Shown here: piece after piece, positions 12,831 to 25,772 of the stretch
Layout of the letters: each line of letters begins with the position of its first letter
Numbering within the stretch: the stretch's first letter is position 1
Assembly (NCBI RefSeq): GCF_006345805.1
Contig: NC_042999.1
Span: forward strand, 136,772,001-136,836,000
Reading direction: 5' to 3'
Source of the DNA: Octopus sinensis
Taxonomy: Eukaryota
Length of the DNA stretch: 64,000 bases
Notes under the pieces: model-generated
The model's database searches: none
The model's input: the letters and a program-made list of their open reading frames with translations, nothing else
What the model was told of the DNA's origin: nothing
Program-made: the position numbers and the translations under genes

Positions 12831-15800
12831 TGTACTCTAACTGAGATATTTGAATCACTATTGTCTTTGATCTGAAGATACTGTATCTCAGAGAAGCTGA
12901 CAGTCTCCAGCACTTTTTCTTAAGTTTTCCACAGTCTCCCTTTTCCAAAATTTTTTCTACTTTGGAATACCTGTTGCTTGCTTATGCTGCAATCAGCCTA
13001 AGAAAGTGACAGGTATTCTGAGGTGCTGGGGACTGATCTAAAGATACTGCATCTCAGAGAAGATGACAAAGACTATTGATTGGTATACTGAGACAATAGA
13101 AGTGATAAAGGCTGGAATTTGCATAATATAAACATAAATGGCTGGATACAGACACATGTGCACATATATGCATATGGATCAAATTATGCCAGTTTGCAAT
13201 GAGTCTTGAATAGTCATCTGAGTGGTCATGGATGGAAACTTGGAAATGCCATTGACAACAAGGAAGTACAAGGTGACAATCATGTATGAAGATGGAACAA
13301 TCACCATGTGTGTGTGTGTGTGTGTGTATGCATTCATACACAGCTGCCCACATGCGCATGCTCTTTATTCATATAAAAATAATGAATGCATCTTCCACTA
13401 AGTTAATGTGTACACATAGAGACACACATACCTATATATGCACACATACACATCGACATATATGTACCTTGCATATTTAGAGGTACACACAAGAAATTCT
13501 TGTATATGTTGTTGCAGTACCCACAGACCATTGAGTGATTAGATATACCCTAGGTGTGTGCTTAGTTACTACACATTTGTCCATTGCGTGTGTGTGTGTG
13601 TATACATGCAAACATGCAACAGTGAATGAATACCAGATCCAACAACTTTGATAATGCAAAAATAGGAAAATATAGAAATTGCAAATTACAGAAATACAGA
13701 TTCAAGACCCAAGAATCTGGTATCCAAAATTACAAATGTACAAAACACAGAAAATTTAGCATTGCAAAATCCAAAATCTAAAGCAATGACATGATTGTAG
13801 TGGTACAGATTTATAAATATAGGGATCCAAATATGTAAATGCTTGCAAGATTATCTAATTGTATGAAATAAATGCATGCATCCTGACATGAGCCCTTTCA
13901 GTTGAAGAAGGAATCCCTTTGTTGCCAACAGAAGTAGTAGCTCTCTGAACTTTTTCTATCCCATTCTTATTCTTTTATGCTTTCTCAATACCTACTTCCA
14001 TGGCCAATTAGATCCCCATGGAAGCTACCTTTAGTGTGCTTTCTATGCTTGTTTCATGAATGCCTTCACTACTAACTACTCATACACATCTTATACAAAA
14101 TCCTCCAACTCTGACAGCCTTCCTTTAAACAAGCAGGTACTATGTGGTTCTCAATAGATCTTGTATTGTTCTCTGTCATAGTTCTTTCACCCATCCTTTC
14201 TTCAAATTTACAAATGGCAAATAGGACTTTAATTTTCCTTACCCTTCCTCTCTTGTTTGTCTTCTGTCTTTGAAACAATTAAGCTCTAATCCTACTACTC
14301 ATTAGTCTGTATTAAGTTATAGATATTTTAAAGACAAGACATATATTTTACAGCCAGTTACCTGTCCCATTTCCTGCTGAGCATAAATTGCATTTGGCTT
14401 GCATGTTCACCCTAGTAGTATCTGATCAGGTGGCTGACTTTCTAATAACTATGTTGAAACTGAAAATCATTTGGGTCATGGAACTTATATGCACTTATAT
14501 ATACCCAGGTACACATACACATGCACACACATGTGCTTGCATATATACTCATGTACATATATATTTCCTCATACATCCATATAAATGTGCGTGTGTGTGT
14601 GTGTAAATCTATTCATCTTGCCCTTATCCATCAACTTTTCCAATATTTGGACATTTATTCTTGTTGTATTATGATATTTTCATTGGTCCCACAGTGCAGA
14701 TCAAAGAAGCTCCTTTTTTGATATTGAAAGATTAAATATAAGAGGCTGAATGAATATTTGACTTCTTTTTTTTTTATGGTTTATTAAATAATTTTCTCTC
14801 CTGCCATCCTATTGTTATGAATCAATAGATCTCCTCTGTCATGCATGCTGACTTTTCCAAGCTGTCTATATTACTTGAGAATCGTGATTGTCTCAATGTT
14901 AATATTCTAATGTAAATCTAGAACAGTTTTGTTAATATGGTAACCAACTCTTACAGAAATATCGAGTAAGAATTCAATACAAAGACATTCATCTTTTTCT
15001 TTTATTTATTTTTCTGTCTTCTTCCCAACTCAAAGAATAGATTTCCCTTGCAAGATAGATCTAAAACATATTTTGATATAAATTACTGGCCTTTATAAAT
15101 GTATCTTTATTTGTCTTGACTAATGATTGATCTTGTTCAAATTTAAGCCAGTTCAAATCTGATACAATTCTTCTGTAATCCTTAGTTCTTTTGAATCGGT
15201 TCTATCTCATTACTAGTATTCATTGGCTTGAATATTTTCCACCTCCTATCATCTATCATTGCCCGACATACAACCTAACTCATCCATTGTCACCATATAT
15301 TCACCAGAATGTTGTCATTATCCCTCACATCCTGAAAGTGACTGATGCTTCATATAGTCAAATATTTTATCAACTCAAACCTTCCAAGCTATCCTTCAGA
15401 TTCTACTTCCACATTTATGTGTCATATTCACCCCTCCTGTTTTATTTCTCTTTTTTTGTTTCTCTTTTTTAAATTTTTGTTTTACTTCTCCCTTTTTTAT
15501 TCCCTTTTCTCTTCATCTGTCACTGTGATATGTTGAGAGTGGTAACCATCAGCATCATCATACAATATTAACATACCACCACCATCATATTACCATACCA
15601 CTGCCATCACCATATAACAGATCAATTTTTCTGACCATGATCCACTTGCATTCAGCAACTCGCTTATTACAAATAAAACATGCAATCTGCTTTTTTGTGT
15701 TTGAATAACATCTAAAAAGAAAAAAAGTGTTTGAATCCATCATATCATTTCCACATCCATTTTCCCCACATTAGCATGAATTGGAAGGGTCTGCAGTTCA

Positions 15801-17799
15801 TGACAATATTAGAGAAAAATTCTTGTATGCTTTAGCCGTGGATTGTTATATGTTATAATAGAGCTTCCGTCATTTCTGACATTCAGCCATTTTGACAATA
15901 AAATTCTTTGTGAAATTCTCATGTTTCTCCATTTTTCTTAACAATGGCTTGCTGTTAGTGAGTGATTGAAATTTGAGGGAATCTTTTAGATTATTGAATA
16001 TTTCATAGGTTCTTTAAATTTCTGGGAAATCACCATTTTAATACTCTCATTTATCTAGTGTTTCATGTAATTGTTTGCCATAATAATTGATCATGGAATT
16101 GAATTTTAATTAGTTATTCTTTTGTTATATTCAGAATCCTAATGATATAGGAAATGCTACAACTTATTGTAGTTTTGGAAAGGGGGAAAAAATGAAAATA
16201 GCAATATTTTGATTCAGTGAGTCTCCTCATTTATAAGATGGTTTATTGGGGTAGATTTAAAGCAAAATGCAATATATCGATTACAGATATGATTAAAATT
16301 TTGCCACTTCAGCTTAGACGTTTATTTGTATTCGCTTGTTTATGATTTTAAATTTCAAAGTAGACAATTTGGAACAGATTTATAATTTCTAGTCACTTAA
16401 AACTCTTTATTAATAAAAATTATTTTATATCAATCATTCTGATTATTGAAATTAAATTTCACTGTACATGCAAAATAGCATTTTTAATTAGTGTACAATT
16501 GTAAATTGCAAAGCATGTTGTATATAAAGCATATATGAAAAAAGAAATCACAAGGTTTTAGATAATTCACAGCTTTTGAGAATCTTGTTTAGTTCTCTAT
16601 TTGTATAGATGATAGCATATATTCCTCTTGTTTTTTCTGTTTCATAATTAATTCATTTACAATATTCTACAGGATTATGAGTTCCCAAATTTGTTTTTCC
16701 ATTTAAGTATAGTGTAAATCACTATTCTAATTTTTTGGTTTAACTGTTTATTCATGTTTTCTAAGATTTGTTAAAATATTCATGATATTTAAATTTTTTC
16801 ATTTAATTTTCCCCACTAGCTTATTAAGATATTTACAGCTACAATGTTAAATTTGTCAGTTATTACTGTTTATTTATTTGATTGCATTATGCATTCTTTA
16901 ATTTCTTTTACCTATACTTTTGACTGCCAATTGCTAGGTTTTAATTTGTTTTAGTTCTTCATTAATATCTTATTTCTGAAGCTTACTTTAGAGATGTTAA
17001 AGTTAGTATTTATCTGATTTGTGGTTAGTAATGATTTGTTAGATATAATTTGTGATTAGTCTCTTACTTGTCAGCGCAGCCATGCAAGCACTGAAAATCT
17101 TCAAACAGCAGCTCTTTCTGCTGATTTTCAAAATGTAAGCATTTTCTCTATATAATGAAGTGACGATCACTCCCTTCTATCTGCATTCTTTCCTTTATTT
17201 TGATATCTCTAAAATCCTGTTTTTTTTTCACTACATTAATTCTTGTATCATTGGCCTTTGTTCAGGCTTATACAGTCTTCTGCAATCCTTTCACATCTTC
17301 AGGTAAACTACGCAAGCCTCTGTACTGTGCCATCAAGTGTCCATTCAGTAAATTCACTGTGCCAGGTAGACAATATTTTAGAGAAGAATTGTGTATTTGA
17401 TACATTCCTACTGAACATAATAATTATTAATATTATATTCAACAGAAGCAGATTGAAATAGAATATTATTTGCATGATAAATGATAGAAAAGTATGGAGA
17501 TTGATGTCAACCCACATAATGCTGGATATAACTGAAAGTAATGAGAAATTCAGTTGAACCTTAGAAATGTCTCAGTTTATCACAAAGGTATCTGAAAAAT
17601 ATTGTCAAGTCTAGAAGAGATGATGTGTTCTATGTGAGAGTTTTGCATTCAAATGACAAAATTTTAAAAACAGGCCAACAGGCCATAGACAGAAATATTT
17701 TCTTGATTGTCATTCTCTACTTGACCAGAATCTTTGATGTATTAAATTTTATAATGTTGCCTTTGCCAAAAAGTGTTTAGGAACATGATTCTGAAATAT

Positions 17800-18560
17800 A
17801 ATTTTTATAATATAATAATTTTATCATGATGGTACCAAAATCTTATAAAGTCAACTATCTTGAATGTATATGTGACTAAGCTTTCTATTAAATCATTCAT
17901 CAGTTCCATGAAGAATTTACTTTCATCAAAATACATTGAGATATTGAAAATCTTTAAAATAGTTGCACTTGTAATTTTTATTCTTTTTAAGTGTGGAGAG
18001 CTGCTTTGCTCTACCAAACATGTAATGTTGCATAGACTTCTGCAGTTTAATGCCTATAGGCAAAGTTACAAGCCAGCAAGGAATCCTACAGCTTATTGCT
18101 CAACCTGCTAAAAGTGGAAGCCACTCCCTCTTAAATCACACTAAACTTGGTAAAATGAAGGATACACTGGATAACATATTCCTATATGCAAAAATATGAG
18201 ATGGCCTTGGCTAGAATACCTTTGATCATATGTCCTTTCTTTCAGAGCTAACTTGAGCAAAACGACACGAAAAGTGGGAAGAATTCTATACACTGGATTC
18301 TCATCATCAATTACATATTTCAAAAGCATGATTCTCTTCTACGATGCATTGACATTTTCTTTTTAAGCCCCTTTCAATATTGAGCTTGAAGTTATTTCTA
18401 TTGTTACTCAATACAGCAGTTACTGTACTGGGCAACAATGCAAAGCAAATCATGGTACCAAAATGAACATTTTTGCAAGTATTCAGAATCTTTAGTTTAC
18501 TTTGCTCTTTAAAAACTGATTCAGAACAATAAATTTTTAAACTCTCCATATTCTTCTAGA
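17800..18560 (-). mobile_element. Possible Penelope-like RT relic
   Basis: GTMICFALLPSTV (cf. GTAMGSPLAP), KYVIDD and, 36 aa later, GHLIFLHIGI (cf. GxLPFLDV); spacing fits but identity is weak. Confidence 0.35.
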
Positions 18561-19369
18561 TTACACAACTGATCGGTGTTCTGAAACTAGTTTCTGATTG
18601 GCTGTCAGCTTATTAGTTGTGCATTGTCATCTTCATCAGTAGTAGTAGCAGCAGCATTGCCATCATCATTTCTAACATGAAGGATTGTCAATTTCAAAAT
18701 TGGTGTATTATAAACTTTATAATTTCTTTTGTAACTTAATACAACAAAGTGTTCCCTGACAAACCATTGTAGTTGAGCATTTGAGACACCTATTGTAGGA
18801 CTCAAAACAACGTAATGGCAAAACATGCATAGGAATTACTATATAAACCTGCATTTATTCTGATTTCTCCTACATTTGTTCTGTATATTTCATAACTAGT
18901 AATATTACTCAGTATAGATGTTACATAACAACTATGCAGAAAGCAGACTGGATTATGTAAATCTGTGTGGAGCTCTACACATAACAGTTGCAGTTGTACA
19001 TCTGTTTGTACACACAATTCTATTTTCTTTTATATTTAGTTTTACATCATATTGTGAAGTTGTATATGTTAGTATTTGTGTAGATATACAGCTTTTGTCT
19101 TGTGTGGACAGTTGTATGAAGTATTGTATAAGTATGGGATGTATTGCAAAAGGAATGATTTAGTAGCAACAGTTATTAATGAAAATTAAATGATTGTGGC
19201 ACTACTTGTTTCACTTGAATACAAACTCATTTTGTAATGTCACACGTGCACAAGATTCAACTAAATATGCCCTCTGACCTAAGGACATTTTCATTCAAGT
19301 AATTCAACTGTTGTTCTTCCTCATTTCTTTGTCAGAAGAGATTAGTTATTAGATTAGCAATTCATATTT

Positions 19370-19403
19370 GTAATCATCATTACTATTGTTATTATTATCA
19401 TCA

Positions 19404-19437
<34 letters not shown>

Positions 19438-19490
19438 TACTACAACTGCTGCTGGTGGTGGTGATGATGGCGGCAGTGGAGGAGGAGGAG
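19370..19490. repeat. (ATT)n / (ATC)n / (GGT)n trinucleotide tract
   Basis: Directly visible. Confidence 0.9.
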
Positions 19491-20420
19491 GAATTGCCAG
19501 AGCTTCAGTATTTCTTCTAATTCTTTGTTCTGATTTCAAATCCTACCAAGGTTAACTTTAACTTTGCCTTGATTGATAAACTAAAGTACCAACCCATTAT
19601 ATTCTGAATTCAGATTCTGCCAATGCTGACTTTACTTTTCACTTTACAGGATCGCTGAAGTCAATGTGATTGACTCAGTCCCTCCTTCAGAATTGCAGGT
19701 CTTGTGCTAAAATTTGAAAATATGAATATTATTATTGCTATAACAGCAATGAAGTTGCTGAATGTTAATCAAAATACTATTCATTCCAGTTCTTTACATT
19801 CTAAGTTCAAATCCTGCCAAAGTTAACTTTGCCTTTCATTCCCACGGGTGTGGATCAATAAAATATAATTCCAGTCAAATATTCAGTGATATCAACTAAC
19901 CCCTCTCCTTAAAATTATTGGCTTTGTGCCTAAATCAGAAACAATTATTATTGTGGTGGTGGTGAAGGAGGAGGAAGATTGGCAGAAGTATCAGAACATT
20001 GAACAAAATGTGTTTCACTACAGCTCTTTATGTTCTATCCTGCTGAGGTCAACTTTACCTTCCCGTCCATTCAGGGTTATTAAAATAAAGTACCAATTAA
20101 GTATTGGGTTGATGTAATTGACTAACCCCTGCCCTCAAAATTGCTGGCCTTGTACCTAAATACCTAAATTACAAATTATTATAATGGCAGTGGGTTGGCA
20201 AAATCATTAGAGAATTGGATTGGATTAGATTGGACAAGATGTTTTGCAGTATTTAGTCCTCACTCTTGACATTCTGAATTCAAGTCCACCAAAGTAAAGT
20301 TTGCTTTTCATCCTTCCAGAGGAAATGTTATTAAAGTAATTTTCAAATATTGGGTCTAATGTAATTGACTATCTTCTCCTCCTACCCATATTGTTAGCTT
20401 TGTTAGAAATGATTATGAGC
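19490..20420 (+). mobile_element. Head-to-tail train of 4-5 SINE copies (second family)
   Basis: Repeated ttcaaatcc.gcca..gt.aactttgcc and ATT-rich tails at ~200-bp spacing. Confidence 0.75.
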
Positions 20421-20699
20421 ATTAGTGAAAGAAGTGGGGGCTGTGATATATTAATGAGCATTAATTGAAGATGAACTGAATAATTGTCTGATCATTTTGG
20501 TGCCATAAACATTGGAAAATATGCATTTGTATTTCAATTTCCAATTTTTACATTTTACAAACTGATGAACTGATGCTTTAAAATTTTTTTTTTTTTAAGT
20601 TTCAGCTCAGAGCTGCAGCCATGCTGATGCACCGCCATTGGCCATGCTGATGCACTGCCGTTGTCTAAGATATTTTTCTAGGACCTCATTACTCTACAG

Positions 20700-21092
20700 C
20701 AGAGGTTATCAATGTTGGTGGCACTGCCCGCAAGGGTGTACTGGGCATGTTGAAGGGGGCAGTGAGGGAGTATAATTAATATACTAAATTTTATTATAGT
20801 AGTAATTAAATTGTACATGGTAACACTAATAATGGTTATTAAAAAAAAAGGAAATCTCACCAGAAACAGAGAAGTCATTAACTTCCATTGTATAAACTAA
20901 ATTTACAACTTATCATTTCACTGTTAAAAGCTTATACAATCCATTTTTAGAGTAAAATTTATAATTTATCATCGATGTTAAGATAGTTTAGTTGTGAGAC
21001 CTCAATTGCCACTTAGGTGGGTACTAGGCATGGCAACTATTTCAAATAGTTTGCTCCAAAAGAAAAGAAAATATGGGGGTTAAGAACCACTG
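20700..21092. mobile_element. hAT-type non-autonomous element (393 bp)
   Basis: Imperfect TIRs cagaggttatcaa / ttaagaaccactg; 8-bp TSD ctctacag / ctctagag (1 mismatch). Confidence 0.75.
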
Positions 21093-21327
21093 CTCTAGAG
21101 TTTTTCTCTAACCCTATAATTTCTATCTTCTAAACAGGTAAACTTCGTTAAAATATTTCCAGCTTACTGTCATCTTATAATAAGTGTATAGTACATCAAA
21201 TTATGTATAGTGCCCCAGTCATAAGCAATTACCTTCCTTTATCACCTTGAATTTTCTCAGTATGTTTTCTGTACAGCCAGATCTACTATTTGTTATTTTA
21301 TGTCATAGTTATCTCACTTCACAGTCA

Positions 21328-21375
<48 letters not shown>

Positions 21376-24300
21376 TCCCTCCCTCTCACTCTCTAGTTGT
21401 GTGCAACATGGGATAACTTTTCCACCTTTCGTACACTAGTTACCTTTCACCCTTTAAAGTATTGGTGCAAGAAATATCATTGATCTTAACATGAGCAAAA
21501 CCTTCAGTCTTGTCTGACATAATTACCCCCGGCTAAGTTCTCACCTAAGTGCTCCATCTATCCATCTCTCATCTCTTTGATGAAAAATTTATTGGCTACT
21601 CAATTACAGTGTATTAATTAGGCTTTCTCTCCATCCCACTAACTTTGGCATGCTCCATCTTTTGATTATGTCCCTCACACTCTTCTTTCTCTATATCAAT
21701 TGCTCTCAACTATTTCTAGCTAAACACACTGATACAAATTTTATTTGTGATTCATGTATTTACCTTACTTCTTGTCTTGTCTAGTATCTAACTTCTAAAA
21801 TTGCACCAAAAACTGCAATTCCCAGAATGCAACTCTTTGGAACCCCACCCCTTTTCTTTACATATGTACTGCTAAATCATTAGTCTGGGAGAGGTCCTAC
21901 TCTCCAAATGATTATGGAAAAAGAAAATGTTTAAATAATTCAGAATTTTGAAGAGGTTTTATTTATTGCTTATGATTTGGGTTTCAGAACTTAAAAGTTT
22001 TTTACATCTTTGATGGAACTTTTGCCTACGAAGTCACATATTATTTTCTTGACCTCAATTTAGATATGAGCAATTCTATATGGTTGGTCTGTTGTTGCTT
22101 AGTAATGATCAGCTCTAATTGAGCAGACCAGCAATTACCATCTCCCCGTTTTATACAACCAGAACTACATTGTCCAATGCATCCTTATTTTTAAGATGAT
22201 GGAGTAAATTTAGAGAGAATTTAGTTGTTATTTCTAACAAGTCAAGCAATTTCATAGGGGCTCTACCCCAATCTACATTCTAGTGGATTGGTAACATAGG
22301 ACAAAGGTTAATCTGAGATGGATTTGTAGCTTGGAACCAAAATCAGTCTGAATTGAATTAACAATGTTTATTCTGGTCTTAACATAGATTTTTAGATAAT
22401 TTGATTTTCAAAGCCTTATTGGTTAGATGTAAAACACTATTTGAGTTTTTGAGCAATGTAAGATAGATATAACACTGGTGATGGAGTTAGAAGTTTGTCA
22501 TCAATATTTTCAATATTATACATTATTTTTAAAGTTTGTTTTCCATGGCTTAGTCAGAGTTAGAAGGGCAGCATTCATGGCCCTCTTTTCCAGGGCTTTC
22601 AGGACTGACATAAGAAAGGGTGTAAGCTGGGTTTAAGATAATGAATGTGCATCTCACCTATACTTTACTTGTTACTTACACTTAAATGATATATGCCTTT
22701 CTGTATAATATGTCAAAATGCAAGATTGGTATATCTTAGAAGTAAGTCTATTTATCTGTCTTGAAAATTATGTGGGTTGCAAAAGAAGGATTTATGATGA
22801 AGCAAAAAAAATATCAACTAATACTTTCAAATGTAGCTGCTGATGTCTTTGGAAACTATTACCTAATGCCTTTAAAGTCCTGCCAGATTATGGTCATCAA
22901 AAATATCTAGCACTCAAAACTTGCACATAATCAATTCAGGTAAAATCTTTAATATCATCAACATTTTACATCCACTGTTTCCTTGCTTGCATTAATATTT
23001 GTTAATGCTGGAGAACTATTAAAGAAATAAAGGGAGGAATTGGACCCCTTTAAGTTTTCTTAATAAAGGAGTAATGTAAAACAAAGAAATAAAACTTTTG
23101 AAAATAATAGCTAGTCAGTGATTTTAGCATGTCGGTGAAGGAATCTTGAATATTTAATAAAGGGGATTCTATCAATTAATTAAGTCTGGACAAATTTAAG
23201 TTAACAGCTATTTTCAACTTCATAGGTGATTTCAGTATTATCCACTTTCCATTTTAGATGCCAAAATTCTCATTATTGTAATAGCTTGGCTTGTTTATAT
23301 AACAAACAATAATTTGCTTCTTTCCTGGTGTAGATACTTTCAACTATTGGTAGCTAAAAGAGAATTCCCTCATGTCAAATAGAACTGGAAGTTTTATGCT
23401 TAGTATATTTTACTTTTCATTATTCCAGATACTTTTTTTATTCAATATTCCGGAACTATAAAAATGAATCCTTTCAAGAACATTACCTAGATAATAAAAT
23501 TCAGTGAAATACATTAAAATGCCAGATATTTAAAATACTACATATAAGTTATCTCAAAGTAATCATCACAATAGTTTTCTCAGTGTGAGCTCTGTGATAA
23601 AACATTTTGGTATATGGACTTGCAGCTGTACTGTGTAATTTAAGCACATTTTCAGTAAGAAAGCAGCTATTTACACCATATCTCTTAAATGGTAGCTGTG
23701 ATGGGATTTGTTATCTAGAATAGCACACCAGAGCTTACCATTTTTAAAGAATTCATTATTTTTCAACTTATAATCCAGAACCTAAAATTTTGTTTATTTA
23801 ATAAAATGGATAGTATTGAGATATTTTCCAGTCTTTCACTTCAGTTGATTTGAGAGCATTAAAATATATTCCCCAAATGGAATTGGTTTGATTGAATGTC
23901 AGTAATAAAACAAGAAGGCCAAGTAATGTTTAAACAATTTTAAAATGCAGTTACTATTTTTGGATAGCATTGGTCAAACATATTTCATTGAATATCTCAT
24001 AGTAGTGCATTCAGATTAACTGGTTTTTATTTTATCAACCTTGGAAGGGTGAAAGGCAAAGTCACCCAGTATGGGATTTGAACCTAGAAAGTAAAGGTTT
24101 GCATTTTGTGCAGTTTCTGACTGACAATTTCACTTGCGAGACTTTGGCCAGTTTGAGGATGTGGTAGAATATTACTTTCCCAAGATATCATAAGGTGGAT
24201 TGAACTAGGAGCTACAAAATTGCATAGCAAACATCTTAACCCACACAACCATAATCTATATGTTTTACTGAATGTCCCACTATATCGAATTGTGTAACTC

Positions 24301-24679
24301 ATTGTTCCCTAAAGAAAAGGCTTTTGCTTTTCCATTTGAAAGTATTTGCATAGAAACTCCATATTTGCTTAAAATGCTTTATATTATAGCTTGTTAAAAC
24401 CATATTCTGAAGTGAAAAAAAATAGATGTATCCAAAAGAGCTGCTATATAAATTGATATTAATGTTTCTGCTGTGGGTGAGGAGGGAGTTATCTGTTGTA
24501 TTGTTGAATATATTTGCACTGATTTAATAAATTCTATTTAGCTTGCTTTGGGCATATGTTTCAGCTTCAAGTGTATATCATGTACTAGTCAGTTACAGAA
24601 AACCATTAGGATCAAGTCAATGAGGCAACTTCTATGTAACCACTTAACTTACTAGAAAGAACAGCCAAAATCTTAGTCA

Positions 24680-24930
24680 AATTATACCCAATGATCATCA
24701 AAAATGGAAGAAACTATTTTGGGATGTGCTCTTAGATTTTCTGTTTGCTAAAATATGATAGGTTATAATGTGTAAATTGCTTTTTATTGTAGGTGCGAGA
24801 TTATCTGCAGATAAACAACTATATGTAGATGACATATTCCCTCTATTTGTCAAATCTGTTGTACCTTCATTTTGAATGCAACAAATGTTTGCAAACACAT
24901 CCAAATACTTAAAAATACAAAGAATTTATA
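24680..24930 (+). mobile_element. Penelope-like RT relic
   Basis: LGCAL..LFAKI (cf. MGSPLGPLFANI), LYVDDIFPLF (cf. RYVDDIF) and QTHPNT (cf. HPNIKFT) in the expected order, across frameshifts. Confidence 0.5.
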
Positions 24931-25217
24931 CTGTTCATTTTTATTACTTTTCCATTTACTTTCTTGTATAGTGAAATCATTTTTGTTGGTTTTGCTTTGG
25001 TTGGGACAGTTGAAACTAGATGTGCTTTCCACTGCTAACCATTCAACAATGAAGCAGAAAGTAGAACCAGTTTTGTCAGTTTGGCAAGTTGGAGTGAGCA
25101 GAATTATGTTCTTAATTAAGGTCAGCTGTGTGATCAAGAAGTTCATATCCAAACTGTGATTTCAGGTTCAGTCCAATTGCACAGCACCTTGTGTAAATGT
25201 CTTCTATTATGGCTCCA

Positions 25218-25365
25218 GGGGTGCACACTCTCCTACCCTGATGTAATCTCCAGGGATACAGGCATCCAGCAACAGGACCTCCGTAATGCCATGATGGACC
25301 ATGAAGTCTGGCGTAGCATGGTAAATTCCATTGTCTCGACCACAGTCGAACAATGATGATAATGA
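25218..25365 (+). mobile_element. 3' end of a second RTE-like LINE family
   Basis: SYPDVISRDTGIQQQDLRNAMMDHEVWRSMVNSIVSTTVEQ* followed directly by a (TGA)n tail; resembles the RTE C-terminal M.DR..WR motif. Confidence 0.65.
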
Positions 25366-25772
25366 TGGCTCCAAGATGAAAATCTTTTGGGAGGGGATTT
25401 GGTATACAGAAACTGAAAGAAACTTATTATAAATACGTGTGTTTACCTCATGTTCTCTGGTTTATAAGCAGTGGCTTCCTACTAATGTCATTATCTTGAT
25501 ATATCTTGACATTTTGCATGATCTTTGTAAACAAGAGCCTTGTTTATACAATGTTGTTTGTTTCCAGTTCTCTACGTAAACATATCCAGGCTGTTTTTTG
25601 CCTGATAGACTGGTAGATTATTACTTTGCTTGGAAACAAGTGAAGGTTGGTGACAGGAAGACTGACTGTAGAAAAACTCTGCCCCAATATGACCCATGCA
25701 AGTATGAAGAAGTAGATGTTAAAATTTAATGTGTTTCTTTGTTGGCATAGGTTGGTGTGTGTGTGTGTATTT

